Positions 37,280 through 51,252 of a stretch of DNA of 64,000 nucleotides are shown one piece after another. The stretch's first letter is position 1. Every line of letters begins with the position of its first letter. Made by a program: the position numbers and the translations under genes. This DNA comes from Squalus acanthias (Eukaryota). Location: NCBI GenBank assembly GCA_030390025.1, contig CM059430.1, positions 75,640,001 through 75,704,000 of the forward strand. Direction: 5' to 3'. The notes under the pieces are model-generated. The model was not told where the DNA came from. It saw nothing but the letters and a program-made list of their open reading frames with translations, and searched no databases.

Positions 37280-38498
37280 TGAAATAGATAAGGGAGTATC
37301 AGTGGATGTGGTGTATTTGGACTATCAGAAGGCTTTTGATGAGGTCCCGCATAAGAATTAGCGTGCAAAGTTAAAGCACATGGGATTGGGGGTATGTTAC
37401 TGACGTGGATAGAGAATTGGTTGGCAGACAGGAAGCAAAGAGTTGGAATAAACGGGCCTTTTTCTGAGTGGCAGGCAGTGACTAGTGAGGTACCGCAGGG
37501 ATTGGAACGAGGACCCCAGTTATTCACAATATATATTAATGATCTAGACGAGGAAACTAGATGTATTTTCTCCTATTTTGCAGACGACACAAAGCTGGGT
37601 GGGCGTGTGTGCTGAGGAGGATGCAGAGAAAATCCAGTATGATTTGGACAGGTTGGGGGATTGGGCCGATGCATGGCAGATGCAGTATAATATAGTTAAA
37701 TGCGAGGTTATCCACTATGGTGGCAAAAACAGGAAGGCAGATTATTATCTGAACAGCAATAGATTGGAAAAAGGGCAAGTGTAAGGAGACCTGGGTGTCC
37801 TTGTGCACCAGTCGCTGAAGGTAAGCATGCAGGTGCAGCAGACAGTTAAGAAGGCAAATGGTATGTTGGCCTTCATAGCGAGAGGATTCGAGTACAGTAG
37901 CAAGGATGTCTTGCTGCAGTTGTAAAGGGCCTTGGTGAGACCACACCTTTCGTATTGTGTGCAGTTTTGGTCGCCTTATCTGTGCAAGGGTGTTCTTGCC
38001 ATTGAGGGAGTGCAGCGAAGATTCACCAAAATGATACCTGGGATGGCAGGGATGTTGTGTGAAGAGAGATTGCGTCGATTAGGCTTATATTCGCTAGAGT
38101 TTAGAAGAATGAGAGGGGATCGCATTGAAACTTATAACATTCTAACAGAACTAGACACACTAGATGCAGGAAGGATGTTCCAAATGGCGGGGGAGTCCAG
38201 AACCATAGGTCACAGTCTAAGGATAAGTGGTAAGCCATTTAGGAATGAGATGAGGAGGAATTTCCTCACCCAGAGAGTGATGAACCTGTGGAATTTTTTA
38301 CAACAGAAGGCATTTGAGGCCAATTCATTAAATATATTCAAGAAGGAGTTAGATATATTTCTTCAGGCTAAAGGGATCAAGGGATATTGGGAGAAAGCAG
38401 GGACACGGTACTGAATTTGGATGGTCAAACATGATCTCAATAAATGGCGGATCAGGCTCGAGGGGCCGAATGGCCTGCTCCTGCTCCTATCTTCTATG
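37280..38498 (+). mobile_element. CR1 LINE RT 3' part
   Basis: DVVYLDYQKAFD, FADDTKL, WQMQYN, RRMRGDRIE. Confidence 0.92.
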
Positions 38499-39589
38499 AA
38501 ATTATAGAATCTCCCTGTAACGGCAGGAGATTACTGGTAGAGAAAACACAAACCCAGACACAATGCTGCAATAGAATGGCCCAGCAGGACGCTCGTGGTA
38601 GCCTAAGTCATTAATGTGTGTATTATTAATTACAATGATGTGAGTGGTAAAATGGATCCGGAAGCAAGTGAAATAAATGAAGAATTTGCAGGAAACAGTG
38701 AAAGAGATAGTTGATTGTGGAATCATGGGGAAGGTATTTTCCTGAGAGGCAAGGAGGGGATGTAGGATATTGACTAATATAATATTAATGGCTTGGTATG
38801 GATAAAGGATATCATGGGCTAATTAGTGTTGGAATGCGTAACTCCGAACAAGATTCATATACGGAGAGTGGATTAATTAGCAGTTAATACATTATTAGTA
38901 GTTCAGTAACATATATCTGCAAGTTTCGAAACTCTACACAAAAAAAGGGAATCCCATCGGGGCTCTCAGAGACAACCATAACTGTGCACGTGGAAAAGCC
39001 ACACTGCTACGAACCTGTACGCATGTAGTTTCAAGGCTACTTGGAATAGCGGTCGCAGCCCCTTAGGTGCCTCCAATATTTATAGTTAGTACAGAAATGC
39101 ATTTATTATTATTCATTACCTCCCATTAACTTTTAGATGTCTTTCTGTGTCTAGACGAAAATGTTCCAGGTCTTAGAGCGCTCTAGACTCGGAGTACTAC
39201 CTTCTTTCCCTGGGTAAGCACATATCTCTTGTACATGTCCCTTCCTACAAGGCCACCTCTTCTCCACCCCTCTAACTGTTACTATTCTTTGCTCCTCCAC
39301 CTTGTAATAGGTAATTAGTAATTGTTTCTGCTGCAACCTACAGCTACAGACTAAGTGCCAACTTTTCATACTGGATCTATTGCAAGTGAAGTATATGTTC
39401 TCCCCTTGCGTCTCCCCCCACTATGACCATATCGCTCTTACATCCTTCAGTTAGCATAGAGGGCGATAGAAAAGGAGAGCGGGTAGAAATCGCATTGGGT
39501 GTGATCCAGCAGAACATCTGGTGAGAAATAATGTGTAAAACATTAACAAAATAAAAGTCAGTTTTAATATCTGTGTATTAAGAGAATAT

Positions 39590-40650
39590 CTTCAGTGTGC
39601 ATCTTGTAGATGGTACACAGTGCAGCCACGGTAAGCCGGTGTTGGAGGGATTGAATGTTTAAGGTGTTGGATGGGTTTCCAATCCAAGCAGGCTAATTTG
39701 TCCTAGATGGTGTCTAGCTTCTTGAGTGTTGTTGGAGCTGCACTCAAATAGGCAACTGGAGAGTATTCCATCACACTCCTGATCTGTACCTTATTGATGG
39801 TGGAAAGGCTTTGGGGAGTCAGGAGATGAGACACACGACGCAGAATACCGAGCCACAGATCAGCTCTTGTTGCCACAGTATTTATTTGGCTGATCCAGTT
39901 AAGTTTCTGGTCAATGGTGACCTCCAGGATGTTGATGATGGGGGATTCGGCGATGGTAATGCCGTTGAATGTTAAGGGGAGGTGGATAGACTCTCGTTTG
40001 TTGGAGATGGTCATTGCCTGGCACTTGTGTGGCGCAAATGCTACTTGCCACTTATCAGCCCAAGCCTGAATTTTGTCCACGTCTTGCTGCATACGAGCAT
40101 GGACTGATTCATTTTCTGAGGAGTTATTAATGAAACAAAACTATGCAATCATCAGTGAACATCCCCACTTCTGACCTTTTGATGGAAGGAAGGTCATTTA
40201 TGAAGCAGCTGAAGATGGTTGGGCCTAGGACACAGCCCTGAGGAACTCCTGCAGCGCTGTCCTAGGGCTGAGATGATTGACCACCAACAACCATAACCAT
40301 CTTCCTTTGTGTTAGTTATGACTCCTGCCAGTGAAGACTTTCCCCCGATTCCCTTTGACTTCAATTTTTCTTCGGCTCCTTGACGACATATCCGGTGTAA
40401 TACTGCCTTGATATCACTGTCAGCTCTCCTCTGGAATTCATATCTTTTGTTCGTGTTTGGTTCAAGGCTGTAATGAGCTCTGGAATCGAGTGGTCCCATG
40501 GAACTCAAACTGAGCATCGGTAAGTAGGTTATTGGTGATTAAGTTCCGCTTAATAGCACTGTCGGCGACGCCTTCCATCACTTTGCTGATGATTGAGAGT
40601 AGACTGATGGGGTGGTAATTGGCCGGATTGGATTTGTTATGCTTTTTGTG
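39590..40650 (-). mobile_element. Second LINE family (CR1/Jockey supergroup RT), decayed; another fragment at ~42740-43290 (+)
   Basis: KSNPANYHPISLLSIISKVME, AWADKWQVAFAPHKCQAMTIS, DQKLNW, RSVMEYS. Confidence 0.8.
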
Positions 40651-41619
40651 GAAAGGGAAATGGATCAATACTTGAAGGGAAAAAGTCGAGGGCTATGGGA
40701 AAAGAACGGGGACTGGAACTAATTGGATAGTACATTCAATTAGCCGCCACAGGCACAATTGGCAGAATGGCCCGATTCTGTGCTGTATCATTTTATACTT
40801 CTATGATTCTATGAAGGTATCACATTGCCGCCGAAAGAAATGTCACATGCCATTGAACATGAAATATATGTGGTGCGGCATTGCCACCTACTGGTGAAGT
40901 AGCATATGACACAAGGGTCACATGACAGGAGTCTTAGAGTTAAAAGCGTAGATCTTGACTTTGTGCAACAGGGTTAAACGGGAGATAGCGAGTCAGCAGT
41001 CCGTTTTGCATCTTTCCGAAGTTTATTTCCAATCCATAGAGTCAAGATCTACCTCAATATGTGCGAAGCAAATTACCTGATGTTGCATAGAACTGTCCAT
41101 CAAAACTAATCAGTGAGATTTAGAACAAGTCGAGGCTCAACACTGCAAAACGCTTCGAGCGGTGTCGTACATCAGTCAGGTATATCACTACCATGAGAAT
41201 CTGTATGAATCTGTTCGTTATAATAGGGTATTCGAATAACGATAAGGAGCAGGAGTTCTACTACTAGACCTGCACTCTTATAAAATCCACTAACCGAGGG
41301 GGGGTTAGGGTAGTATAGTGAGGATGTGACCCCAGCTGATTCACAGATTCTGAGGTGGCTTGTTTATAGGGGAGAAAGAAAATAAGGACTGATATTTTTA
41401 TAGCTCCATTCACGACATCAGGACATCCCAAAGCGCTTTACAGCGAATGAAGTACACTTGATTGGCAGTCACTGCTGCAATGTAGGAAATAGGGCGGCGA
41501 ATTTCCGCACAGCTAGGCACCATAAACAAAAATTAAATAAATGGCCAGATAACGGCCTTATTTTGTGCTGTATCATACAATCCTACTCTGATAATCTGTT
41601 TTAGTGATGTTGGTTGAAC

Positions 41620-42690
41620 TGTCTGTGAGGCACAAATAAGGGCATTGGCGGAGTGGTTGGCGGGGATACAGGCATGCAGTCACTCTGAGAGAGGACAGCA
41701 AGTGCATCTCCAATGTATCCAAGTCCACTCTCCTGAAACTGTGAATGAGCATTCCTATGGATCTCTGCAAAAACTGAGTACAGGTATGATGTGCCACTTT
41801 TGAAAGCCCTGTCATCATTGACTCCCACAGCCATGTTGACAGCAGGTTAAGCTTCCATAGCAGCAGGCGAGCTGCCATGGAGACTATCAGAGCTGTCAAC
41901 AGTAGCTTCATCATGGTAGGAGTCACTGTCGTCTTCATGGAGCGTGTCACTCAGTCCATATTAGATAGTATGATTTCCATGCTCTGCATGAAGACCTGGC
42001 ACAAATTAAAGCTGGACTCCTCCTTGCTCTGAGCGTTTCCACGCAATCCCACTTGCAGAATGGCCAATGCACATAGCATTTGCTGATGTATTCCCCTCCT
42101 CAGCAGTCTGGGCACACGAATTCAGCATCTAAGCCCTCTGCTGCAGAGATTGCACGTGATCTCGCCCTCCTGATATCTGTTATCTTTGACATCCTATCCC
42201 TTCGCCTTTTCTCCTGCACACCTATTGCTGGTGATTCAGCATGTGAAGGATCCCTCCGCTGGGATTCACTCTCGAGTATGCATCGTGCCAGTTTCTGTGA
42301 TGCTGCTTGCTAAGGTCAAATCGCGTGACGATGCATCTTCATGAAGGCTTGCCTCCTCTTCCTGAAGTGGCAGAGGTGTGTTCACATTTTCATCATCGGA
42401 TATTAAAAAGAGGGACAAGGGTTAACTTTTAGTGTGACGGGAGAGCAGAGAGTGAAATGGGTACTGAAAGCATCTGCAGTTTGTCATGCAGAATGTAGGG
42501 TGAAATAGAAGCATGGAGATAAAATAAGGACAAGTTATAAAGAAACACTGTGCGGCCTCTGCTCCAGCGTTACAATTCCCCCAAATTATGACTCAGCACA
42601 TGCTCATGATGGCCAGCTCAAGGAACTTAATGTGCAGACAAACTCGGCCACCTCCTGTTGCAGCTTCTTGCAATATGTTTTCCTGGAAGA
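41620..42690 (-). mobile_element. Harbinger second-ORF-like remnant
   Basis: Low-complexity coding-like sequence resembling 4900-5700; no intact ORF. Confidence 0.4.
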
Positions 42691-43289
42691 AAGTAGGGAA
42701 TGTGTTAGAGACATCCATCTGAAGTGCTGTGGGAGGTCCGCAGGGAAGAGTTCAGTTACTTCAACAATGTCCTTCCCTCCAGAATTAGTTCAGAAGTGAG
42801 GTTGATGAATGCAGAATGTTCAAATCCAATCAGAATTCCTCAGCTAATGATGCTGTCCTTGCAAGCTTGCAGTACGACCACCAGGATTCGCCTGTTCAAT
42901 GCCATAACATTTGAGCCACACAAATGCCAGACAATGACCATCTCCAACCATAGAGACCATAAGCGCCTGTCCTTGATATTCAATGGCATTACCATTGCCC
43001 AATTCCTCACCATACGTATCATGGGGGTCGCCAATGACCAGGAACTCACCTGGACCAGCCATTTATAAACCATGGCTAGCAGAGCAGGTTAGAGTATGGG
43101 TATTCTGCGGAGAGTTTCTCACTTCCTGATTCCGGAAAGTTTCTCCACCATACACAAAACATAGGTCAGAAGGGTAATTAAGTACTCGGCAGGAGCCTGG
43201 ATAGGTGCAGCTGCAACAACACTCAAGGAGCTCGACACCATCCAGAATAAAATAGTCCCCTTGATTAGCACCTCATCCACCAAGTTTAA

Positions 43290-45830
43290 CAAATAGAAGT
43301 AAATGGGTATGATGTAATTGCCATTACAGAGACATGATTGCAGTGTAACCAATGCTGGGAACTGAATGTTACAGGGTACTCAACATTTACGAAGGACAGA
43401 CAAAAAGTAAAAGGAGGTGGAGCAGCGCTGTAAATAAGGGATCAGATCGGTACGGTAGAGATAACAGATCTTGGATCGGCAGATCATGATGTAGAACTGG
43501 AATCAGTTTGGGTGGAGCTAAGGAACAGCAAAGGGTGAAAAACATTGCTGGGAGTTGTGTATAGGCCACCAAACAGTAGTGGTAATGTAGGGCACAGTAT
43601 CAATCAAGAAATTAGAAGTGCATGTAACAAGGGCAATACGGTAATCAAGGGGAACTTTAATCTGCATATTGGCTGGGCAAATCAATAAACACTAATGGAG
43701 TGGAGGACGAATTCTTAGAATGCATGCGAGATGGATTCCTGGATCAGTATTTGAAGGAACCAAACGGGGAACAGGCTATTCTGGATCTGATACTGTGTAA
43801 TGAGAAAGGGCTAATCAATAATCGTGTGGTAAAGCGGCATTTAGGGGCAAGTGAATATAATATGATTGAATTTTACATTAAGTTTGAGAGTGATGCAGTT
43901 CAATCTGAAACTAGGGTTTTCAATCTAAACAGAGGAAAATACAAGAGTATGAGGGACAAGTTGTCCATGGTAGATTGGGAGACTGCACTAAAAGGTATGC
44001 AGGTGGACATACAATGACTAACGTTCAAGGAAACAATGCATAATTTGCAAAAAAAAACATATATTCCTCTAGGGCATGAAAACCCAAAAGAATAAGTGAT
44101 CCAACCATGGCTAACAAAATAAATTCAAACGAGTATTAAGTCAAAGGAGGAAGCTTATAAAGTAGCCAGAAAAAGCAGTCAGCGTGAGGATTGGGATTAT
44201 TTTAGATTTCAGCAAAGAGGGACCAAGAAATTGATTAAAAAAGGGAAAATATAAGATGAGCACAATCTAGCCAAAAATATAAAAACGGATTTTAAAAGCT
44301 TCTACAGGTATGTGAAAAGGAAAAGACTGGCAAAGGTAAATCTAGGTCCTTTACAGTCAGAGACGGGAGAATTTACAATGGGGAATGAGGAAACCCCACT
44401 ATTGAAGAAAGGAGCGAGAGAGAAAACGGGGCACTACAGACCTGTTAGCCTCACATCAGTAGTTTGGAAAATGCTGGAATCTATTATATAGGATGCAATT
44501 ACTGGGCACTTACAAACTAATAGTAAGATTGGGCAGAGTCAACATAGATTTATGAACGGGATATCCTGTTCGACAAACCTATTGGTGTTCTTTGAGGATG
44601 TAACTAGTGGAGTAAACAAAAGGGAACCGGTAGATGTGGTGTATCTGTATTTTCAGAAGGCATTCGATAAGGTCCCACAAAAGAGGTTGGTGAACAAAAT
44701 TAGAGCACATGGAATTGGGGCTAATATACTAACATGGATTGAGAATTGGTTAACAGACAGAATACAAAGTGTGGGGATAAACGGGTTTTTTTCAGGATGG
44801 CAGGCTGTGACTAGTGGGGTACCGCAAGGATCGGTGCTTGGGCCCCAACTATTCACAAACTATATCAATGATTTGGATGAGAGGACTTAATGTAACATTT
44901 CCAAATTTGCTGATGATACAAAGCTAGGTGGCAGTGTCAGTTGTGAAGAGGATGTGAGGAGGCTTCAAGGGGATCTCGAAAGGGTCATTGAGTGGGCGAT
45001 ATCATGGCAGATGGAATATAATGTGGGTAAATATGAGGTTATCCACTTTGGTAGAAAAAACAGAACGGCAGAGTATTTCCTAAATGGTGAACGATTGGGG
45101 AATGCAGATACACAAAGGGACCTGGGTGTCCTTGTACATGAGTCACTGAAAGTGAATGTGCAGGTGCAGCAAGCCATTAGGAAGTCAACTAGTAAGCTGG
45201 CTTTCATTACAAGAGGATTTAAGTACAGGAGTAAAGAAGTCTTACTCCAATTATATAGGGCCTTGGTGAGACCACACCTGGAGTACTGTGTACAATTGTG
45301 GTCTCCTTACCTTAGGAAGGATGTACATGCCATAAAGGGAGTGCAACAAAAGTTCACGAGATTAATTCCTGGGATGGCGGGACTGTCGTATGAGAAGAGA
45401 TTGAGTAAACTAGGACTGTATTCTCTCGAATTCAGAAGAATGAGATGGGATCTCATTGAAGAATACAAAATTATCACAGGCTTGATAAGGTGGATGCTGG
45501 GAGAATGTTTCCCTTGGCTGGGGATTCTAGAACCAGGGGCCACAGCCTCAGGATACAGGGTCGGCCATTCAGAACTGTGATGAGAAGAAATTTCTTCACA
45601 CAGAGGGTGGTGAATCTTTGCAATTCTCTACCCCAGAGGGCTTTGGAGGCTCAGTCATTGGGAATATTCAAAACAGAAGTCGATAGATTTCTGAGTAGTA
45701 AGGGCATTAATGTTATGGCGATAGGGCCGGTGAATGGAGTTGAGGCAGAAGATCAGCCATGATCTCATTGAATAGCGGAGCAGGCTCGAAGGGCCGAATG
45801 ACCTACTCCTAAACCTATTTCTTATGTTCT
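43290..45830 (+). mobile_element. CR1 LINE ORF2 with an internal deletion near 44390
   Basis: Endonuclease remnants, [32 protein letters not shown]1 3' tail. Confidence 0.93.
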
Positions 45831-45959
45831 TAAGTTCCACTCCCTTTACCGCCGGCGTAATCTGGCAACAGTGTGTACTATCCACAGCACGGGGCGTGCT
45901 TTCAATGACCAATCTTATGGACGTTTGTGTCTGATTGTCACCCTGCTCTGCTGTTGTTC

Positions 45960-46420
45960 AGGCCACGTTTCAAAAGAGCATTTTAAATGAGAACAGCTTT
46001 GTCACCCACAAGCCATCTGTTGACATGATTTTACTCCGTGGAGCGGTCAAGGACTGTTAGATTTCAATGGATGTATCATAGTGACAACTTCTAGCATACC
46101 TGACATTGAACTGTAGGATCGTTTGCATGATGTCGCACACAATATGTACATTGAGAGACTGGAATCTTCTCCTGTCGAAAAAAATGATCTTTTGGGTGAA
46201 GAACATCATGTCAGCCTGGGTCACAAACCAACCCTTTGGTCTTATGGATAATGAGCTCACCGAGCCTAAATGATGACCTGGTGGTGGAAGTTAGTTTCAG
46301 GTCTGGCTTCTTATGTAGAGATTCTTCAGTAAGTGCAGCCACCTCAGATATATCTCTTGAGTGACATCTTGGAAGGAGGATTTATCTAGATCTTATTGTG
46401 CTCCTTTGATGGCAAATAAA
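45960..46420 (-). mobile_element. Harbinger transposase remnant
   Basis: FFDRRRFQSLNVHIVCD...ARSCHY resembles the [14 protein letters not shown]...GSCHD motif. Confidence 0.55.
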
Positions 46421-47244
46421 GTTTGCTTCCCTGTTATGCTCTTCCTCCTGCTCTACTTAAGACGCTGCAGAGAAGAATCCCCTTTGGAAACCCATTTATT
46501 GAAGCTTATGTGAATTCCGAGGAAAATATTTCCGGCTGCCACAAAGACCACAGAAAGAGAGATCGAAGGCCGACTTGCTTTCATAAATTGTCAAGTTATT
46601 GGTCGTTCTTGTAGAACCAATAACGCCTTTTAAAAAGTTACTTCCACCTCGATTCCCGGCAGCAGGTATCGAGCCCAGCTTCAGACGGGACAAACCTGGC
46701 ATGAATGACGGCTTTCGAATGGTTGTTGTCATCCTGTAAAACCCCTCATTTCCTTATCACCGCCAATAGGGGTGCCGGTAATTCTTACCACTACCTCCAC
46801 TTCTAACAACACGCACAAGGGCCGGTATTTCATGACGACCGATTCCCACCGTTTACCTCCCGCCAGCCCAGATTGGACTGGTTCCGCGAATAAATTCAGA
46901 GGAAATTCTACATCAGGATGTCACGCTTCATTTTGACGTATATCATTTCCGGCTCTTCAACGTTCTTACGAACCATCAGCCAGTTCACAGTCTGTCGCTC
47001 CGAGTGATCAATTGGGTCAGAATGTTGGCGAGTGCTGTACTTCAGTGCCTCTCTGTTCTGGGAATCATGTTCACAGATACCTGTTTCTATACCTTGCATT
47101 CTCGCTAAAACGTGGAGTTGCTTAACTTCCATTTGATACAACATGCTTCATTGTCCTTTGCACATATTGCCTGACTCGCTTACCCTCGCACTTTTTCTCC
47201 TGTAATATTCTCACTAATTCGGTTTTGATTTTCTTTTCCGATAG

Positions 47245-47565
47245 GCTCCTGTGAAAATTCGCTCAAAGTGACTCAGCTCCCTGAAAGCGCGAGCGGAATC
47301 ACGGGTAAAAACGTTTCCTTTCATTGCTCGATTCCCTTCTTTCAAGACGGACCACGGGTGAAGGTATTCTGGTGGAAACAGGGTGATAATAAATATCTAA
47401 GCACTGGACCTGATGACAGAAAAGTAACTGACTCCAAAACTAAATTCAGCGGCTTCCTTCAGATAATCAATGTGAGTGTCCAGGACTCGGGAGTATATTA
47501 TTGCACTGTCGCCCATCGAGGCAGAATAGTTGGAAACGGAACGGGATCCAATTTAATTGTTTGGG
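47245..47565 (+). CDS. Gene B V exon: germline-joined VJ-type Ig V-set domain
   Basis: Polypyrimidine tract + TAG|, donor |GTAAGT, 321 nt, phase 1-1, open: SCENSLKVTQLPESASGITGKNVSFHCSIPFFQDGPRVKVFWWKQGDNKYLSTGPDDRKVTDSKTKFSGFLQIINVSVQDSGVYYCTVAHRGRIVGNGTGSNLIVW. Confidence 0.93.
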
Positions 47566-48909
47566 GTAAGTATAAAAGATGAGGCGAATGAGATCCCTGT
47601 GACTGTAATATTTCACTGCAAATATATTCAGCGGATCAATCATACTTTGGAATTGTTTGCATTCTACACTGTTTCGCACTTCGAAGCATTGTTCAGTTAT
47701 ACTTTGAAGCATTTACTTTGGAACTCAAATTTCAATTGTTTTATATATATCAATTGTACTTATACGGAAGACTGATAGCTTTACATGTTGATGAGTGTTT
47801 CAATACTTCCCTATTATTAAACAAATCGGTTGTCCTTTTAATTTTGTGGATAGCGTAAAACGCGCTATATCGGAGCAACTGCTCCTTATTCACCCTTTGT
47901 ATTGTCCTTTCCTTTGAAGTGAATTGAATCAAATATCGGTATAACGATCGGCCCCAAAAGTTAAACTAAAGTTCAATATGTTAACAGACTCATTCTAAGA
48001 TTTAAGAGCACCATCTCTACGTCATTGTCTTGGTTTGTGAGGACTAACATTTACTCTTTGAATACAGATTGGCGGGTTTATAATATAATGATCCACATAT
48101 TGAGAGTCTTGAAAGCCGGGTGTAAATAACAGTTAGTTATTGTCCTCTGCCTGCATCCCGATTCTCTCACTGCTAACTTACCTGACGAAGGAGCGAACTG
48201 CTTCGAAAGCTTGTAAAATTAAATAAATCTGTTGGACTATAACCTGGTGTTGTGCGACTTCTCATTTTTGCATCCCGGAAGACCAACCCCATATTTTCAT
48301 AAAGTTCCTAATCTCCAGTAAGTAAGATGTTGACCAGAACCTGAGTTCTAAAGCCTCACCCGCTTGGGAAAATCGAATTTTGTCGCCAATTGTTATACTG
48401 CAACCCTTAACCAGGTTTTAAATCGGTAGAATTGTAAGATCCCCGATTAAATGTACGGAATATAATTTCAGCAACCTTTCTCAATTGCATAAGTCATATT
48501 ATTTGCTTCATCCAAGGAGCCATATAGAGGGAGAAGCAGACTGTGTTCCTTACCCTTATGGAAAGGGCCTGTGGTGTATTTTAATGTTGTGAATTTAGAT
48601 CAGATACATTGAAGAACAATACTTCCTTGTGCTAATTGTTAAAGTTGTGAAGATGTTAAAAAACTGAAAAATTAGCACTGAATAATAATAGAATACAACA
48701 GAAAATTATATAGCGCAAATGTAATAGAACATCACACAATTTATCCACAAATAAAGAGGGAAACATGAACATCAGGTTTAGATTTAGAAGATGCCGTTAT
48801 CTATGTCCCTACTGATAGCGCACAGAGAAAATGTCCAGTCACAAATGCAGCGATGGGTTTATAACCTTGAATGATGTCGAAGTAACGTTCTTTTCCTCTA
48901 CTTTTCTAG

Positions 48910-49218
48910 TTCCGCCAACTCCACTGAAAATTGTCTCTCTGGAACCTGAAAAGAATTCACTTGCGTCACTGACTGTACTGTGCGCAACATCTCCCTTTTA
49001 TCCGCAGAATATCAGCTTCACCTGGTATAAGGATGGAATCAAAATTACAACAAGGATAAATAACATTCATCAACCAAACACCGATGGACTATATGAAGCT
49101 TCCAGCCGGTTGGAAGAGACGCAGGATGTCCAGACCTGGACCGTTTATACCTGCCTGGTGTCTCACAGAACCCTCAAAATTTCCGTCACGGCCACCCACA
49201 TTGTTAGGAACCCTACAG
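48910..49218 (+). CDS. Gene B C1-set Ig domain exon
   Basis: TTTTCTAG| ... |GTAAGA, 309 nt, open: [43 protein letters not shown]...GLYEASSRL...[11 protein letters not shown]...NPT. Confidence 0.93.
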
Positions 49219-49809
49219 GTAAGATTGTAGATCACAGTTATCCTGCAGACAGAGCAGTTGCTGCGACTCTCCCGGTTGGACAAACTGTCCTTTCTCACTC
49301 GTTGTTCTACCTCAGGCTCTTTCACCAGGTTTTACTTCAATAAAAGTGTAGGAATCCTGGTTGCCTTTGTTCACTTTTAATCAGGTTTAATTCTGTTCAA
49401 AGAGCTCTACGATTGCTGCTCATGGTCCCCTGCCTCAATGGGCGTCTCCTACTGCAGTCCTGGTGTCACGGCTCAGAGTTGGCACTGACTCTTGGGGCAA
49501 GAGCGGGCGGTAACTCCGGCCGACATGTTGTTGCAGAATTGCTGCCTCCTGCGTCCCACAATCTGTGCTCACAATCTGCTGCAAACTGTAATTGTATCAA
49601 CAGCTATTAGACACAGTGAAAAGTTAAAAAATAACCGTTTTCACTTTCAGTCGCCATCTTATTATCAACAAGAACCCAGGTAAAATTAGTTTCGAGAAAA
49701 TATGTTTTTCCTAACACTAGACTTTCGTGAAAAAAGTACAAAATGTCAAAGATTGATTTAAAATGTCTCTGTTTTTTGAGACCACGTGTTTGCTGCGAAT
49801 AATCTTACG

Positions 49810-50582
49810 ACAGGAGGCAAGGGAATACACAATGAATGGTAACACCCCAGGAAAGGCAGAGGATCAGAGGGACCTTGGTGTGCATGTACATAGATCCCTG
49901 AAGGCAGCAGGGCAGGTAGATAAGGTGGTTAAAAAGGCATATGGGATACTTGCCTTCATTAGCCGAGGCATAGAATATAAAAGCAGGGAGGTTATGATGG
50001 AGCTGTACAAAATGCTAGATAGGCCACAGCTGGAATACTGTGTGCAGTTCTGGTCGCCACACTATAGGAAGGATGTAATTGCATTGGAAAGTGTGTAGAG
50101 GAGATTCACCAGGATGTTACTTGGGCTGGAGCGCTTCAGCTATGAAGAGAGACTGGACAGGCTGGGCTTGTTTTCCTTAGAGCAGAGAAGGCTGAGGGGG
50201 GACCTGATTGAATTGTACAAAATTATGAGGGGCATAGATAGGGTAGATAGAAAGGAACTTTTCCCCTTAGTAGAGGGGTCACTAACAAGGGGGCATAGTT
50301 TCAAGGTAAGGGGCAGGAGTTTAGAGGGGATTTGAGGAAAAACTTTTTCACCGCGAGGGTGGTTGGAATCTGGAACTCACTGCCTGAAAGGGTGGTAGTG
50401 GCAGGAACCCTCTCAACATTCAAGAAGCATTTAGTTGAGCACTTGAAACGCCATAGCATACAAGGCTACGGACCAAGTGCTGGAAAATGGGATTAGAATA
50501 GCCAGGGCTTGATGGCCGGCGCGGACACGATGGGCTGAAGGGCCTCTTTCTGTGCTGTATAACTCTATGACTCTATGACTCT
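49810..50582 (+). mobile_element. CR1 3' end in the gene B C1-TM intron
   Basis: RDLGVHVHRSLK, RPQLEYCVQFWSP, LEQRRLRGDLIE; ACTCTATG-repeat tail. Confidence 0.92.
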
Positions 50583-50668
50583 TTAACAGGAATCCATTAC
50601 GTTAGTTGTGTTTGAATGCCAATTTGGACAAATCCTTAATACATATGTAATTTACTTTAATATTTTAG

Positions 50669-50782
50669 ATCGTGCCAACAGCTCCCGTGTCTTACTGATT
50701 TCCAGATGTGCATGGGTTGGACTGGTATTGCTAATGGTGGCACTCATTATTGCGAAGCGATGTCAATCAAAGAAAAGTAAAG
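50669..50782 (+). CDS. Gene B transmembrane exon
   Basis: TTTTAG| ... |GTAAT, 114 nt, phase 1-1: DRANSSRVLLISRCAWVGLVLLMVALIIAKRCQSKKSK (hydrophobic span plus basic stop-transfer). Confidence 0.88.
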
Positions 50783-51252
50783 GTAATAAATCATTGTTTT
50801 ACTTTAAGAAATTCCGGAAGATAATTTAACAAAGATTACCTGCAGATTGCATAGAATTAAATATTAATTGCAACACGAAACGGGCCTATCGGTCTAAAGA
50901 TTGCTTATCCCCCAGCAGTATCTAATCCCATGTGGTCACCCGCTTCATTTATTTCTATTTCCTTCCACCACCCAGCCAACCTATTCTTAAATATTGGCTT
51001 GGGCTCTGATTAATCTATGAACTTCGGTAATGCATTCCACATCTTCACAACCCTCTGTGCGAAAAGGTTTCTCCTCCTCTCTTACATCCAATCCTATATC
51101 TGTATAGGCTCGTTCTAGACCCTTCAATCTCTGGAAATAGTCTGGGGTAATTTTGGCGATGGTGTAAAATTGGCGATATTGGATCAGCCCGATTTTCCTT
51201 CATTGGAAAGCAAAATCGGGCGAGGTGTATAATGGGCAGCAGATCTCATAAT

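Noticed and set aside
38500-39590. Unassigned ~1.1-kb segment with LTR-like character
   Set aside because: Could not identify TG..CA termini or a TSD.
49612-49640. Perfect heptamer CACAGTG downstream of the gene B C1 exon
   Set aside because: No nonamer at 12 or 23 spacing and not adjacent to the V exon; a few such 7-mers are expected by chance in 64 kb.
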